A stretch of DNA of 64,000 bases from Octopus vulgaris. Its lineage: Eukaryota. Each line of letters opens with the position of its first letter. Position 1 is the first letter of the stretch. The notes below the pieces were generated by a model. That model was not told the DNA's origin, searched no databases, and was given only the letters and a program-made list of their open reading frames with translations. Shown here piece by piece: positions 50,799-64,000 of the stretch. The translations under genes and the position numbers were made by a program. Where the stretch lies: the NCBI GenBank assembly GCA_951406725.2, contig OX597822.1, forward strand, positions 87,668,001-87,732,000, read 5' to 3'.

Positions 50799-51993
50799 TC
50801 TTACATATTAAAACTGAAAATGTCTGTGTGTGTGTGTATTGGCATGTCCTTGTTTTGCACCAAAATGACTCGACCGATTTTTCTTAAACTTCACACGCAC
50901 ATTGCTTATGTGTCTGGGGAGGTTTTAAGTATAAATTGATTTCGAAAAAATGTTCAGGTAAACGGCAGGAGGAATAACATATGGGCATGGGTGAACGGTG
51001 GGAGTAATGATTTTTAAGCTTCCAAGGGAAATAACCCATTCCCTCCTGGAAATAACCCATTCATTTTCAGTATGCTTATTTCTTAGTATTTGAACTATTT
51101 TAGTTATTTTCTCAATTTATCCAATACAGTGCTTAAACAAGTAAATAGTATTCTCCTAAACAATAGATCCACTTATTTCGGTTAGTGACTTATTCGTGCT
51201 GCTGAAGGTAATATTCTCTGGGAACGCACAAAAGCATGTTTTCACAGTTAATTACTTTGAATTGTTATTATTTCATATCTGATTAGCCTGTTATTACGTA
51301 ACATGTTTCACAATTTTAGTATACATACCTTAGTATTTCCTCCTAAAATCTATATACTCTGGGAACATATTAAAGCCCGGGTCTATTTTATTTGAATTCT
51401 TACTATAGGGTAATTAATTTCATGTTATTACATAAATGACTTCACAATTTGGGTATTCATAACTTACTGGGAACTCCTAAAAACAAGATGCTTTGTAAGA
51501 CAGTTCAGTATTCTCAATGACTACACAAAAACTGTTTTGAGGACTACATACTTTGTATTGTTGTTACTAGATTAGCCTGCTTTCCTGGGAATTACCAGGT
51601 ATGTCAGCTACTATCATCATCATCATCATCATCATCATTTAGCGATATATATATATGCTTATTATAGCCTCAGACCAACCAAAATTTTGTGAGTGGATTT
51701 TGTACTCAGAAACTGAAAGAAGACTGTCATATATATGTGTATATTTATGTATATGTGTGCATGTGTCTTGTGTTTGTACCCCCACCTTTGCTTGACAACT
51801 GATGTTGCTGTCTTAACATTCCCGTAACTTAGCGGTTTGGTAAAAGACACTGACAGAATGAATACTATGCTTACAAAGAATAAATCCTATGTTTGATTTC
51901 TTCGACCATGGCTGCAGTCACATGAAAGGAACAAGTAAAACAATATAATTCTATGCCATTTTAATCCCGAGCAAGGCTGAATATCTCTGCTAG
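50799..51993 (+). mobile_element. Non-autonomous Helitron-like element containing a SINE A fragment (~51660-51940)
   Basis: A|TC start with TG microsatellite; hairpin-like CCTGGGAATTACCAGG near 51590; end CCCGAGCAAGGCTG...CTAG|T at 51993. Confidence 0.65.
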
Positions 51994-52974
51994 TATAACA
52001 TTAAATGCAAAACTCTGACATAAGAGAAGTTTCTATTTTCTTTAGGGTACACTGAAAATGGACTATCCTCAAATCAGATATGAAATTCTGACTACACTAG
52101 TAGGCACAAGCACCTTAGGCAGGTGTCTTTTATAGATCCAGGTCAACCCAAAGCCTTGTAAGTGGATTTGATAGATGGAAATTTAAAGAAACTCTTTGTA
52201 TACATATATATGGATGACGGGCTTCCTGTCTCCTACCTTGTCATTGCTCTATAGCCGTGTCAACGAAATAGAAGTGGTGTCTATTTTAGATCATGAAAAT
52301 ATGTTTGGTCATGTGGAAATATTACCTTGCTTGGAAATAGGTGAAGGTGGACAACAAGAAGGGCAGCCAGCAGTAGAAAATTTACCTCTGTCCAACCCAT
52401 GCAAGCATGAAAAAGTGAGTATTAAAATGATGAAGATGACTAATTCCATATAAATCGTGAAGCACTCAACTTCCACTTCTGTCAACCATTTTTTCTCACT
52501 TCCCAGGATCTCTAATATTGAGCACATTTACCAATCTTTCCCCCACAGAACTGCATCTCTTGAGAGAGAAAAAATATCAAAAATGCCAACTATTACTCTC
52601 AGGAAAGATAGTAATATATCTCTGGGCACTTTCTTCCGACTCAGACTAATAATAAGTAAATGCATTTGTATGTTTTTGAGCTACACAGGTTTATACACAC
52701 GAGTACACACTACAGCATATGTACACATACATGCATGCATACATGTGTGCGTGTATGTGATTGATAAGATCAGCCGTGATGGATATATAAGACTATATAT
52801 TTTGGATAATATACCCACTCTATTGGCAGATATACAAGTGCATCTTTTCCCTGACTTATGATCTCATAGACGACTTATGCACATATATATGTATAGATTA
52901 TATATCTCTTAAAAACATGCAAGAAAGCTCTCGCAAAACCACTGCAGATACTTTTCAGAGTTTCGTTGCATGTG

Positions 52975-54460
52975 GAAAGCTTCCCAAACTGCTAAAAGAG
53001 GATATCATATGCCCTGTCCATAAATTAGGAAACAGAGCAGATGCTAAAAATTACAGGCTTATCTCTCATGACTTCACATGTTAGCAACGTCATGGAACAC
53101 ATTGTCAGAAAGGGACTGATCGCGTTCCTGCCAGAGAATAACTTGCTTACCAAACATGCAACATCATCTCCATCCAGGGAGGAGCTGTCTCACACAGATA
53201 CTACAACACTATGATTGGGTACTGAAACAGCAGTTCAACCACTCAGATGTAGATGTGATATATCTTAACTTTGCAAAGGTTGATCATGGTAAGTCACAAA
53301 CCATGCAACCTTGGTATCACTAGAAAATTGGGAGAGTGGCTCATGACTTTTTAAAGTCAGTTGCAGCCAATGGTGTGCTCTGTGGGGGAGACATCAATCC
53401 ACAGTGGAGTTCCTCAGGGAACTGTACAAGGACCACTACCATTTGTAGTGACTCTCTCAGACATGCCATCAGTTGTACAGCGAGTTACTCTCACCAGTTA
53501 TGCTGATGGTATAAGGTATCTCAAGCAGTCGTGGACCCTGATGACAGTAAAACTGCAATATGATCTGTATGCAATATACAAATGGGCTGATGGAAATAAT
53601 GTGCTGTTCAATGCTGATAGGTTCCAAGCACTCTGCTGTCAGCCCACAAACAAACTACAGTCAAAATACATAGGACCAGGGGTCAATGCAATGCCAGAGT
53701 TAGAATCGGTGCATGATCTGGGAATCCACATGAGTAGTGATGCAACATTCCATGTGCATATTGCCAGGATGATAACATTTGTCCAGGTGAGTAGCTGCAT
53801 GGATCTTTAGATCATTCAGAACCAGAAATAAGGATACTTTGCTACTCCTATGGGGGACATTTGTCCTTAGTCATCTGGATTACTGCTCCCAACTGTGATT
53901 TCCACAGAGTGTCAAATTGGTGGCAGCACTTGCAGTAATCCAGCACCACTACATAAAAGAAGACTGACTCAGTGAAACAGATGAGCTATTGGGATAGGCT
54001 GCAAGAACTGAAACTCTACTCCCTCAAGAGAAGGTGAGCAAGGTACACAGTGATATACATATGGAAGATACTGGAAGGTCTAACTCCCAACCTTGGAATT
54101 AAAAGCTGTACCAACCACCAAACTGGACAGCACTGCATACTACCAAAGACACTGCTTCATTCACAGCTAAGAACCTAGTACTGCAACAGCTTAGGCTTCA
54201 GGGGATCACAACAGTTTAACATTCTGCAAAGGAACTTAGGAGATCCGCAAAGTGTAGCTTTGAAAATGTTCAAAAAGTAACTGGACAAATTTCTATCTGA
54301 AATCCTAGATGTGCCCACGTTGCAGCAGGAGTCACAAAGAAGAGCAGCTTCATTCAACTCACTTCTTCAAAAACAGTACCGAGAGGAGACCCCAAAATAC
54401 TAAAAGGTGGTGCTCCAGCATGGCCCCATCCTCTGGCTGAAACCAGTAGAGGAATAAAGG
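52975..54460 (+). mobile_element. CR1-like LINE RT and 3' end
   Basis: ICPVHKLG, KNYRLIS, DVIYLNFAK, SGVPQGTVQGP, SYADG, VHDLGIHM, HLDYCSQL; tail GGTGCTCCAGCATGGCC...GCTGAAACC. Confidence 0.9.
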
Positions 54461-55602
54461 AAATGTATACACACACACACACGTCAAACAATGAGAATGA
54501 ATGCTCAACACCACATTGGTGGATAAAATTTCTTTATCTGTTAAGGCTACCATTGGTTTCATGTTAGGAAAAAATCTTAATATTCTAATTTTTCAAGCCG
54601 ATCACATGGACGAATGGAGTTCATCTCCATTTTGGCTGAAAAATCACACACACACACACACTTAAACAATGAATAGAAAAAGCTTTACTGATAATTTTTC
54701 CACTTTAATAATTAGATGTTTATAGGTTTACAAAAGGTGACTGATAGGAGTTTCTCACTCAAAGTGGTTTTCAAACTGATATTTTAGAGTTAATTCTCAG
54801 TTTAAATAAGGAGTTTTTAATTACAAATATGCATACAAACACCCATACATATACACATATAGACATACACTCGCACATACACACAAACAAAAACATAGGA
54901 CCTTAAACACACACCAAGAAACAAACAGATGTATTCATTCATATGTAAATACACAAAAAAAAAAGTAAGGAAAGGAGAAAATCAAGTATAAAGAAATGGA
55001 ATTTTTTTGGTAGTCATTTTGGTATGAAATGGTTCTATAAAGCCCTGTTAATGACACACACACACATGCTACTGCTTTATCTTATATGTCATCTTTTTCA
55101 GTTACTAGATGCTATTTAAGGGAAACTGTATTTCCAGTAGGTTTACCAAACAGATAGATGTTCCCTTGCCATCTCAGCAGCTATTCATTGTCCACTGAAG
55201 TAGATTACAAACTAATCAAGTGTATTTCAAGACACCTGGTGATCTTTTTTCTTCATTACATATCTACAGTTAAACTCACACACACACAAAGCCTTTGCAG
55301 GGTTTTAACATCTATACTTAGAAATTACCACAACAGTTCACGAGCAGTTCATTAAACTTAATGCTCCATTGCTTTCACCTGTTACAAATCAATTCTTCAA
55401 AGATAACAAACCCTCTCTGCACTTTTCATACTCCATTTAATGAAACCTCTTGGCACAGGCTGTATATTTTATGCATTTGGTATTGTTGCATGTTTCATGA
55501 ACATACAAGCTTGACAAAATGGGCAAATAATCTCAAAACTAAAAATAATTCATGTGGTGTGAGTTGACTAGCTGATTTTTTTTTTTTTGGAAAAAGGACA
55601 TA

Positions 55603-55679
55603 TTTCGACTGTATCTGTTGCATACACTCGTATCCAATGAATATAAAAGTATCCTTAGTTGCTTTATAAAAAAGGATGT
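55603..55679 (+). repeat. 77 bp copy of hAT-internal 49457-49533, flanked by a 12 bp inverted repeat
   Basis: 75/77 identical; GAAAAAGGACAT (55590-55601) and ATGTCCTTTTTC (55676-55687). Confidence 0.92.
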
Positions 55680-55696
55680 CCTTTTTCGTGGCTGTG

Positions 55697-55862
55697 AGGC
55701 ACAGGAGTGGCTGTGTGGTAAGTAGCTTGCTAACCAACCACATGGTTCCGGGTTCAGTCCCACTGCGTGGCATCTTGGGCAAGTGGCTTCTGCTATAGCC
55801 CCGGGCCGACCAATGCCTTGTGAGTGGATTTGGTAGACGGAAACTGAAAGAAGCTTGTTGTA

Positions 55863-55907
<45 letters not shown>

Positions 55908-56110
55908 TTGTGTGTCTGTCTCCCTAGCATTGCTTGACAACCGATGCTGGTGTGTTTACGTCCCCGTCACTTAGCGGTTCGGCAAAAGAGACCGATAGAA
56001 TAAGTACTGGGCTTACAAAGAATAAGACCCGGGGTCGATTTGCTCGACTAAAGGCGGTACTCCAGCATGGCCGCAGTCAAATGTCTGAAACAAGTAAAAG
56101 AGAGAGAGTA
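55697..56110 (+). mobile_element. SINE family A, full length
   Basis: Near-identical to 8723-9180. Confidence 0.92.
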
Positions 56111-56609
56111 ACTAGTTAACTCACACTACACTGCCGTTACTGCCATCAAGTATGTCTCGTGTCTCATGCCTCTTTTCACGGCAACCATCTCTTTCTTTGT
56201 CTCTTTCTCTCACATACACACATACCCTCCTGCTCTAGAACCCACACCTCACTCTCTTCATGGAAAGATAGTAAAACAATACTTGAAAGAGAGAAAGAGA
56301 ATGTGTGTGTGTGTGTGTGTGTGTGAGTAAAAGATGAGTAAAGACAGAAGAAGGGTTAGGAGAAGTTAGAGGAAAGAGATAAAAAAGTAAAATGAGTAAA
56401 GAGTATGTTAGATAGAGGGGGAGAGTAAGAAAGTGAAAGAATGACGTGCACACGTGTGAAGGAATGAAATAGGGAGAAAAAAAGAGACAGTGCGAATGTG
56501 GTGTTTTTTGGCCAATGATACTGGGTTACAAAAATTTGGAAAAACAAAATAAACAGTAAAAACACTTGTTGGAAGCGTAACACTGTAAAACTAAAACCCC
56601 ACAAGCACA

Positions 56610-56950
56610 AACATACACATTCACACACTCACACGGATGCATTCACATACACAGACATGCACACGCACGCACGCACATACACACACACCCGTATACATAT
56701 ACATGCGACTACATACCCCCCGCATACATACACCCACACCCGTATACATATACATGCGACTACATACCCCCCGCATACATACACCCACACGTACACATGC
56801 ATACACACATATATATACACACAAACATGTATACACACACAAACACGTACACACGTAAATACACATGTATATATGCACATACACAAAAACACGCATACAT
56901 ACACGTATATATATATATACACACACACAGACATGTACGTATATACACAC
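56610..56950. repeat. CA/TA low-complexity tract with a 51 bp tandem duplication (from ~56688)
   Basis: GTATACATATACATGCGACTACATACCCCCCGC at 56691 and 56742. Confidence 0.85.
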
Positions 56951-57419
56951 GTTCCAACATTTAATTTTTTTTATTCTAAATAGGTAGTTTAAGCAGAAAG
57001 CAACCGTGCTTTTCTCACCTATTTTATTGAGTTCAAGCCACAATCAGTTTTAAATTTTGTAGCTTATCTTCAATATATTTTTCTTGACAACACCCTAAAT
57101 TCTCAGCAGTTGCCAAGCAATAAACAAAATAAAAATGAAATATTTGTCAGTGTGTGTGTAATTCTTCTTGAAAGGAATTACCCTACAATTGTCAATGCTG
57201 AACAAAACAATATCACCTGCTTTCTGTCCACACCAAAAGCAAACCAATGCTTCCTTCCCTCCTAGTTCACAGGCAGGGTCGTGACTGCAGCACATAGCAT
57301 GGAGGCCACAAAATCATTCAGGCATGACAGATTTGTTGTTTGGTATTTCTTCTCTTTTCCAGTAATCATTTAATAAGATGACAAATACTCAGGTGAAGAA
57401 GTCTCATATTCTTTTCATG

Positions 57420-57730
57420 TTTTACTTGTTTCAGTCATTTGACAGCGACCATGCTGGAGCACCACCTCAAGGACTTATTTGTTAGTAAGCCTAATACTTC
57501 TTCTATCAGTTCTTTTGCCAAATCACTAAATTACAAGGACATAAACACACCAGCATCGGTTGTCAAGCGATGGTGGGGGAAAAGACAGACAGACACACAC
57601 ATTTACTAAATCCACTCACAAGGCTTTGTATGGCCAGAGAAGACACTTGCCCAAGGTGCCACACAATGAGACTGAACCTGGAACCATGTGGTTGGGAAGC
57701 AAGTTTCTTACCACTCAGCCATGCCTGTGC
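57420..57730 (-). mobile_element. SINE family A, diverged
   Basis: TTTACTTGTTTCAGTCA ... GGAACCATGTGGTTGG on plus strand. Confidence 0.85.
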
Positions 57731-60700
57731 AGTTAAATATTTTTAAATACTTCTTGCTATAAGTTTGGAAAAAAGAAAAAAAACAACTTAGGTGTTCATG
57801 CCTTTCCAGAAAGACAGTGGTTTAAAATGAAAGTGAAACAGCTAATTTGCAGAGTTGACAGGACAGCTTACATCAGTTTGGTGCTGTCAACCAAGAGTGA
57901 CTTTTTTTTTTTTTTTTTGAGCCAGCAAAACAAGAATCAGATTGAAATACATTTGATGTGGTGTATATGTGTATATACTACACAATAGGTAGCACTACAA
58001 AGGCAAATCAGCATGGCAGAACCAGCCCAGGTCTAGATTATGGCCAACTGGAAATCATATTCATGAGGAGTCAAGTAAGTGTCCCAAACTGACATTGACC
58101 TAGTGTCTCAGACTTAGCTCAGGAGGCTGTTGCCCAATAAGTATTTCCACATATACACTCCATAGATATACCAATTGTTCTATGAGATCCCAAGTCATTT
58201 TTAATTCTATTGATGATTACTCATATATGGGAAATAATTGAACTATATCAAATGTATTTCTATCAGATTCTACAGTTTATAGTCAATAGAGCTGACTTAA
58301 ATAGAGGAATGCTGCAATTAGTTGCTTTACAAATTCCATAAGAATTGTTTTCATCTCTAAATAGTTGCCAGGTTTGAACCAATTGTCTTGACAAGCTGTA
58401 TCTGACAAAGACAGGTATTTGACTGGCTTAAGAAAAACACAATTTTGGTATATAGCACCAAATTAATGTAAATTGTCCTTCAGCCAACTCTGCAAACTAG
58501 TTGACTGTTTCACTCACTGTCTTGGTGGAAAGACATGAACATCAAATAAGCACTTTTTTCTTTTGTGTGTGTGTGGTAAAATTTGTCATTAATTTCGAAA
58601 CCGAATATGTTTATATAAAAAAAAAGGTAATAAATAACAATTTCTCTTTTTATTATTATTTCCACAGAGCTTTGAATGTTTTCATAATAGTGACATTCCA
58701 AAACTTAGCACAAAAGTGGTTTAATGATCTGTCCTGTATTAAAGTCATTTATTAAATCTTTCTGGACATGCAAGCTAATTTAAACCGAGATAAAGCAGTA
58801 CTAGTTATTCAGCTAAGCAGAGTAGCTGCTAGTTATAGCGATCTTACAATTTGTGGGTGAGTGTTGCCTGGCTTATAATTAGAAAGTAAACAAAAAACAG
58901 ATCAATCAGCAATCCATTTTAAGAGTTGGCGTTTCGCATGGAATATTTGATTAGTTTACTAGAAGAGAGACTGCTAGATACACAAATAAACAATACATTA
59001 TTAGAGACAGTACTTCAATTTTTACCCCTACTACTTAATAATGTTACGTGTACGTCTGAGAAACACCTGAGAAGGGGTTCTTCAATTGGAAAGGTAGAAG
59101 CGCGGAACAATACGAGATATTACTGGGTCGGTTTACTTTTGCATATTAACGTGTGGTCATAAACATACCTGTGCGTGTATGTGTAAATATACCAATGTAT
59201 GCGTACGCATACATACAGAGGTGTCCATAAAACAATATTTAAATAGAATTAAAAAGTATTGTACAAAGCGGGCTCACATCTAAAAAAAAACCCTCAATAA
59301 CAAAATACTGTATACTCATGAAAGTGAAATTGTTATTAATACAACGTGATTACAAGTGCAAATATATCTTCAACAAGCATCAATTAGTGGAACAATCAAG
59401 TAGAGTTTATTATCATCGGTAGAATGGTGGAGGTTTGCAGTGATTTACAGTACACATACGTGTTCAGAGATAAGATTCTAAAGTAACTACTTTAGAAAAG
59501 ATACAAGTAAACAAAAAAAGCAAAATCATTTCTACAATTAAAGTTGAAAAAAGGAAAGCAAACATTTTATAAATTACTTTAAAAAAAAAACTGATTAAAT
59601 GAGAAGGCCAACAATTTGTAGAGGACAGGCGTGAAATAGCTGAACCCAGTTGAGTGGTAAATATTTTAACGACATACGCTGAATAAAATGTAAAGTCAAC
59701 CCCAACAGTACTTCTTGAACTCATCTTGTAGAGTGATAATTAGCTAATCTATCCACTTTGTCTACTATCCTAGCAAAATAATAATGACGATTTCTTACAT
59801 CGACACAAGGTCTCGTAATTATAAGAAGGGATCAATCGGTTACATTGACCCAGTACTTAACTGGTACTTTATTTCATCACCCTCGGGAAGTTGAAAAGGT
59901 AAAGATGTCAACGAACAATCATAATAACATTATAGAGTCAACACAACTGTTTGACCTGCTAGAAATTGCTGTCAAATCTCCTTCACGATCCAAGAAGTAT
60001 GAAAGATAAAATAACCAGTCCTTCATAATGAAATACTGAGCAAATTATTAATATATCCTTGTGTAATCAAAACCATTGGGGATGCTTCTACGTGGGCGCT
60101 CAACCTGCAAGAAAAAGCAACGAAATCTCTCTCAAATCAAACCCTGCTACCTTGAAAAAGTGGAGATATATTGAATAAACTGTTCATGTCTGAAAAGTTC
60201 TGGCAAAAAATGTTAAACTTTTCTTCTGCATAGCAAAATACTTCATTCTTCTTGAACCTTGTGAATTTACTATTCCTGACACACTATTTTCTTCTGATTC
60301 TATTGTTTTTCTTTTACATTCTATCATGATGTCCTGTTACTATGCCCTACTTCATCCTCCCCCAAAATCGACATGTTGGTCACAATTGGAATGTCTTTGA
60401 TTATAGATGAACTTCATAAATGACAACAACCTGATGATAACACAGTAATGAATTTTATGCAGGAATTAGCTCAGATTTATGATGCAAGTTTGGGATATCC
60501 AGCTGTTTCTCTCTCTCTCTCCCTCCTAAATACTTTAACAATTGAAGCGATGAATATTGATTCAGTGATTTCCCCTTCTCTACGGGGCCAGGTAAATTCT
60601 TAGAAGTTGAAAAGACAGAGGCAATATTTACTTTCGAAGTTCCTTCTATAGTATTTAATATATGGAATATATTGTAAGAATTTACCAAATAAAGTCTATA

Positions 60701-61099
60701 GCTTACTGTGTACTGGCATTTGTTCTCCTTTCACTTTGTTGTCCTTCATTACAGGTACATGAAACGGAAGACCGCCAATTAGTTATCCAAAAAGTAACGA
60801 AATTAAGAGGACTTTGTTAACAAAACAGCCGTGGATCGCTAGAAATAAAAGAATATCTAGTTCGGTGCCTCGCTGCTCAAGTTTCACCAAGTCGCTGGTC
60901 CCTGTCACACAGCCTACACTAAAAGGACAACCTTTCTAAAATAAAACACCTTGTCTATAGCGTAATCGTTACACATTGTAAAAAGTTGCATCGATGTTAC
61001 TAACATTTGTGATAAAGTTTAAGTTTGTGCGAGGTTAATATTAAAATTAAACGACAGTATAGTTTACAGAAATGGGTTAGTCATCAATATATATTTTTA

Positions 61100-61225
61100 A
61101 AGTCAACTTTGAGGATCGATAAAATAAGTACCAGTTGCGTACTAAGGTCGATGTAATAGTCTATCCCTTCCCTCTAAATTTCAGATCTAGAGCCTTTATT
61201 AGAAAGGATTATTATTATTATTAAA
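61100..61225 (+). mobile_element. SINE family B 3' fragment, tail type 2
   Basis: TCGATAAAATAAGTACCAGTTGCGTACT..GGTCGATGTAAT; (ATT)n end. Confidence 0.7.
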
Positions 61226-61549
61226 CATAAATCACTATATTATTACAATACAAATAACTATACGACTGGGAAATGATTGTTGGCGAAAATTCAACAAGGT
61301 GAGTGATTATGTTGATGAAAAGACGAAGGCGAATTGAATGGAGTTCTTCAAAACAATTTCAAAGTAGGAAACCCGCGCCGTTTAATTCTGGTTTTAAGTT
61401 TAATTTTTGTTTTTCTAGATTTTCGTCCCAACTCGGACGAAGGAGTTACAGCGTAATGGAGATAGAAATACATTAATCCCATATAAACAAGAGAAAGGTA
61501 AATAACAGTAATTATAATATTAATTAATGAAAAAATAAATGAAACTCAC

Positions 61550-61900
61550 GGCAGCCTATGTGGTACATCACCTAGATTGTGTGACAATGTGGAAATGGCG
61601 GTGAATGATTCTATATATATGTGTGTGTGTTTCTGTATGCATGTAAGTGTTTATATAGATGAATGTGTGTGTTTGACTGTGTCTATATATTTATATGTGT
61701 GAGTATGAGTGACACAGCAGTTGTCTGGCTGCTGCTGTTGCTGCTGCTACCACCACCACTGTCTCCTTTCAAGTCGGACCATTGAGTGATTGTTAGGTGC
61801 TAAATCTGTCTACCTACCTGAGTGAATGCGTGTGTATTGGTGACTAGCTCCAGTTATGTAGCAGGGGCGATGTATGCGTCTATCAACTTATTTGTATGTG
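61550..61900 (-). other. Candidate first exon/5' UTR of a minus-strand host gene
   Basis: Donor C|GTGAGT at 61550/61549; upstream ATGTACCACATAGGCTGCC; (CAG)-rich tract; surrounding 60.7-61.9 kb retains CpGs and has few transposons. Upstream boundary unknown. Confidence 0.35.
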
Positions 61901-62099
61901 TCTGTGAGTGTGTTCACTCGCACCTGTAAAAAATCATTTTGTACGTGTGTATGTACACACACGCACATAAATATTTATATGAATAAATGTTTGAATTTAT
62001 ATTATTACAAATTTAGTTATATATATATATATCAATCTAGCAGCATATCTATACCTAAGCCTAAGTACTCACGCACACACGCACACTCACACACACTCA

Positions 62100-62230
62100 C
62101 ACATACATACATACATACATACACATACATACATACATACATACATACATACATACATACATACATACATACATACATACATACATACATACATACATAC
62201 ATACATACATACATACATACATACATACAT
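62100..62230. repeat. (CATA)n microsatellite
   Basis: Read directly. Other simple repeats: (TA)n at ~8900, ~24253, ~46012; (TG)n at ~36936. Confidence 0.95.
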
Positions 62231-63592
62231 GCATGCATTCATGCATACATGCATGCATGTACGCGTGTATACGTTTATGAAAAGCAGACCCTCTTTTTTC
62301 CCTTCCATAAAAATTTTAAACATAGTTCACTGAAACTGTAAATAAACCGATGAAATATTTCCTCAAATGTGACAATTGTATTCAGTGCCATGATTAGATA
62401 GTCCAGTTTCTAAGTCTTGTGACAACTGGTCCAAATAGCAAAGAGGATTATGGTTTCAAATCTACTTCAATTGTACCTCTTTTTACTGGGGTTGATATAT
62501 TATATATATGCTGATGTTATTTAACCTGAAGGTCATCCTGAACAAACAGATCTTTTGATTAAATGCATTCCAACTGTGACATTACCATCGTTTCCTTTTT
62601 TTTTTTTTCTACCACAGGCTCTATTTTTGAAGTTCATATTAGTTTGTTAAGATCTTAAGTAATCACAGAAGTATTGAACACTAGTCTATAATAGTGTATG
62701 TTTAATTAGATAAGTATAGGGAGAGTGAATTTTAGCATTTCAAACCAAAAATGGAATAAATGAGCTCTGACTTAATTAGAAGGGGAAATATTTAGTCATG
62801 CAATAGCTGTAGATAGCAAATTGGACAAAAATAATTTTTGGACAAATCAAGAGGTCTTTCTGCAAGTTATTGCTTATATTCCAAAAGTAATTAAACTCAC
62901 ATTGGATAGATTTTGTCAAGAGATTGAACCAAAGGATTTTAAATGGATTGTCATGAAACTATTCAATCTCTGCTGCATATGTTAAGTCATGTATTTAATA
63001 GTGCTAAACTAATGATGAATATTTGAAATGCCTCATTTTTTCTTTCTTTGTAAATATTGTTGTAATATATGATCCTCAGTTCTTATATCTTTCAAGTCAA
63101 TATTATTCCATCCCTCTCCCCCAAAAATGAAATGAGTAATCAGTTTACAAAAATTTAGAGAGCTATTTTTTTTATTTATAATTCTCTTTGAAAGCTTTTA
63201 CAAATTGGATTAAAGCCACTGAATTGATGTCAACTCTTGTTGACTTTGAGCATCTGTAGAGTTTCCTGATGAAGAATACACTAAAGAGATATACCTGATT
63301 GCATGCTCCTGGCCCAAATAAGAGCTTCAATTTTGTCCTTCAAACTTATGAGCACCTTGTTAATCATTCAGTTCTCCTGTTTGCAAAGGATAATCAACAT
63401 CTAACCATAGAAACACAACATTGTTGCTGTTAATACAAGGTGTCAAAACTATGTAACTAGATTCTGGATATATCATCATCCCTATGGCAGTGTTGCTTAA
63501 CTGGACTACATTCTAACTAATGAGAAATGGATTAATACTATCAAAAGCTCATGTGCATATTTTTGAATGTGTTAAATTGGACAACAGAATTC

Positions 63593-64000
63593 ATACAAGG
63601 GTCAGCAGAAAAGTTCATATGCTGCGACCAAATGTTTTGTTTTTTTTCAACATAGACCCCCCTTGCAGTCTACATAATTCTTCCATTGGTGTTGCAGTGT
63701 TTGGATTCCATTAGTGAAGAAGCTTTCATCCTGTTAGTAAAAAAAAGAACCATCATCAACAGATATGACATCATCATCACTAATACTGGTTCCCAACCAA
63801 GTGTTTTTTGTTTTTCATGTTGGGAAACAGATGATAGTCAGATGGGGTTAAATCAGGAGAATATGGATGGTGATCAACCAGTTCAAAGCCCTGGTCATGC
63901 ACAGCAGCCATTGAAACCAAAGGACTTGTTTGCTTGAGCATTTTCCTAATGAAACAAGATTCCGCTCATCAGTTCTCCTGAATATTTGGTCTTTATAGCG
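63593..64000 (-). mobile_element. Mariner 3' fragment with terminal repeat
   Basis: Minus strand PYSPDLTPSDYHLFP at ~63820-63867; TA followed by CAAGGGTCAGCAGAAAAGTTC terminus. Confidence 0.75.

Noticed and set aside
57095-57295. Cys-rich ORF MCCSHDPACELGG as a host exon
   Set aside because: No clear acceptor, weak donor, no recognisable homology.

Overview
AT-rich eukaryotic (animal) genomic DNA. The SINE heads, the RTE LINE family with a (GAT)n tail and the dense TA/CA microsatellites point to a coleoid cephalopod, probably Octopus (inference from repeat content only). No intact host gene, RNA gene, operon or CRISPR array is supported. The window is a nested transposon landscape: a Helitron (1-1710), many RTE and CR1-like LINE fragments, two tRNA-type SINE families, three Tc1/mariner remnants, a near full-length degenerate hAT element with TIRs and TSD, hAT and piggyBac MITEs, and a Ty3/Gypsy gag-protease remnant. 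Most notable: (i) a TSD-flanked ~2.07 kb retroelement encoding only an ORF1/gag-like zinc-knuckle protein with no endonuclease or RT (HAL1-like, 37998-40062); (ii) a Naiad-type Penelope-like element with a long open RT ORF, a CCHH-type GIY-YIG nuclease and ~0.55-0.6 kb inverted pseudo-LTR arms (17327-20378); (iii) a ~2.6 kb non-coding foldback structure (29565-32208); (iv) several short near-perfect copies of nearby DNA that look like templated repair insertions. Weak evidence suggests the window lies largely in introns of a minus-strand host gene with a first exon near 61.55-61.9 kb. All identities and boundaries were read by eye; many boundaries are approximate.
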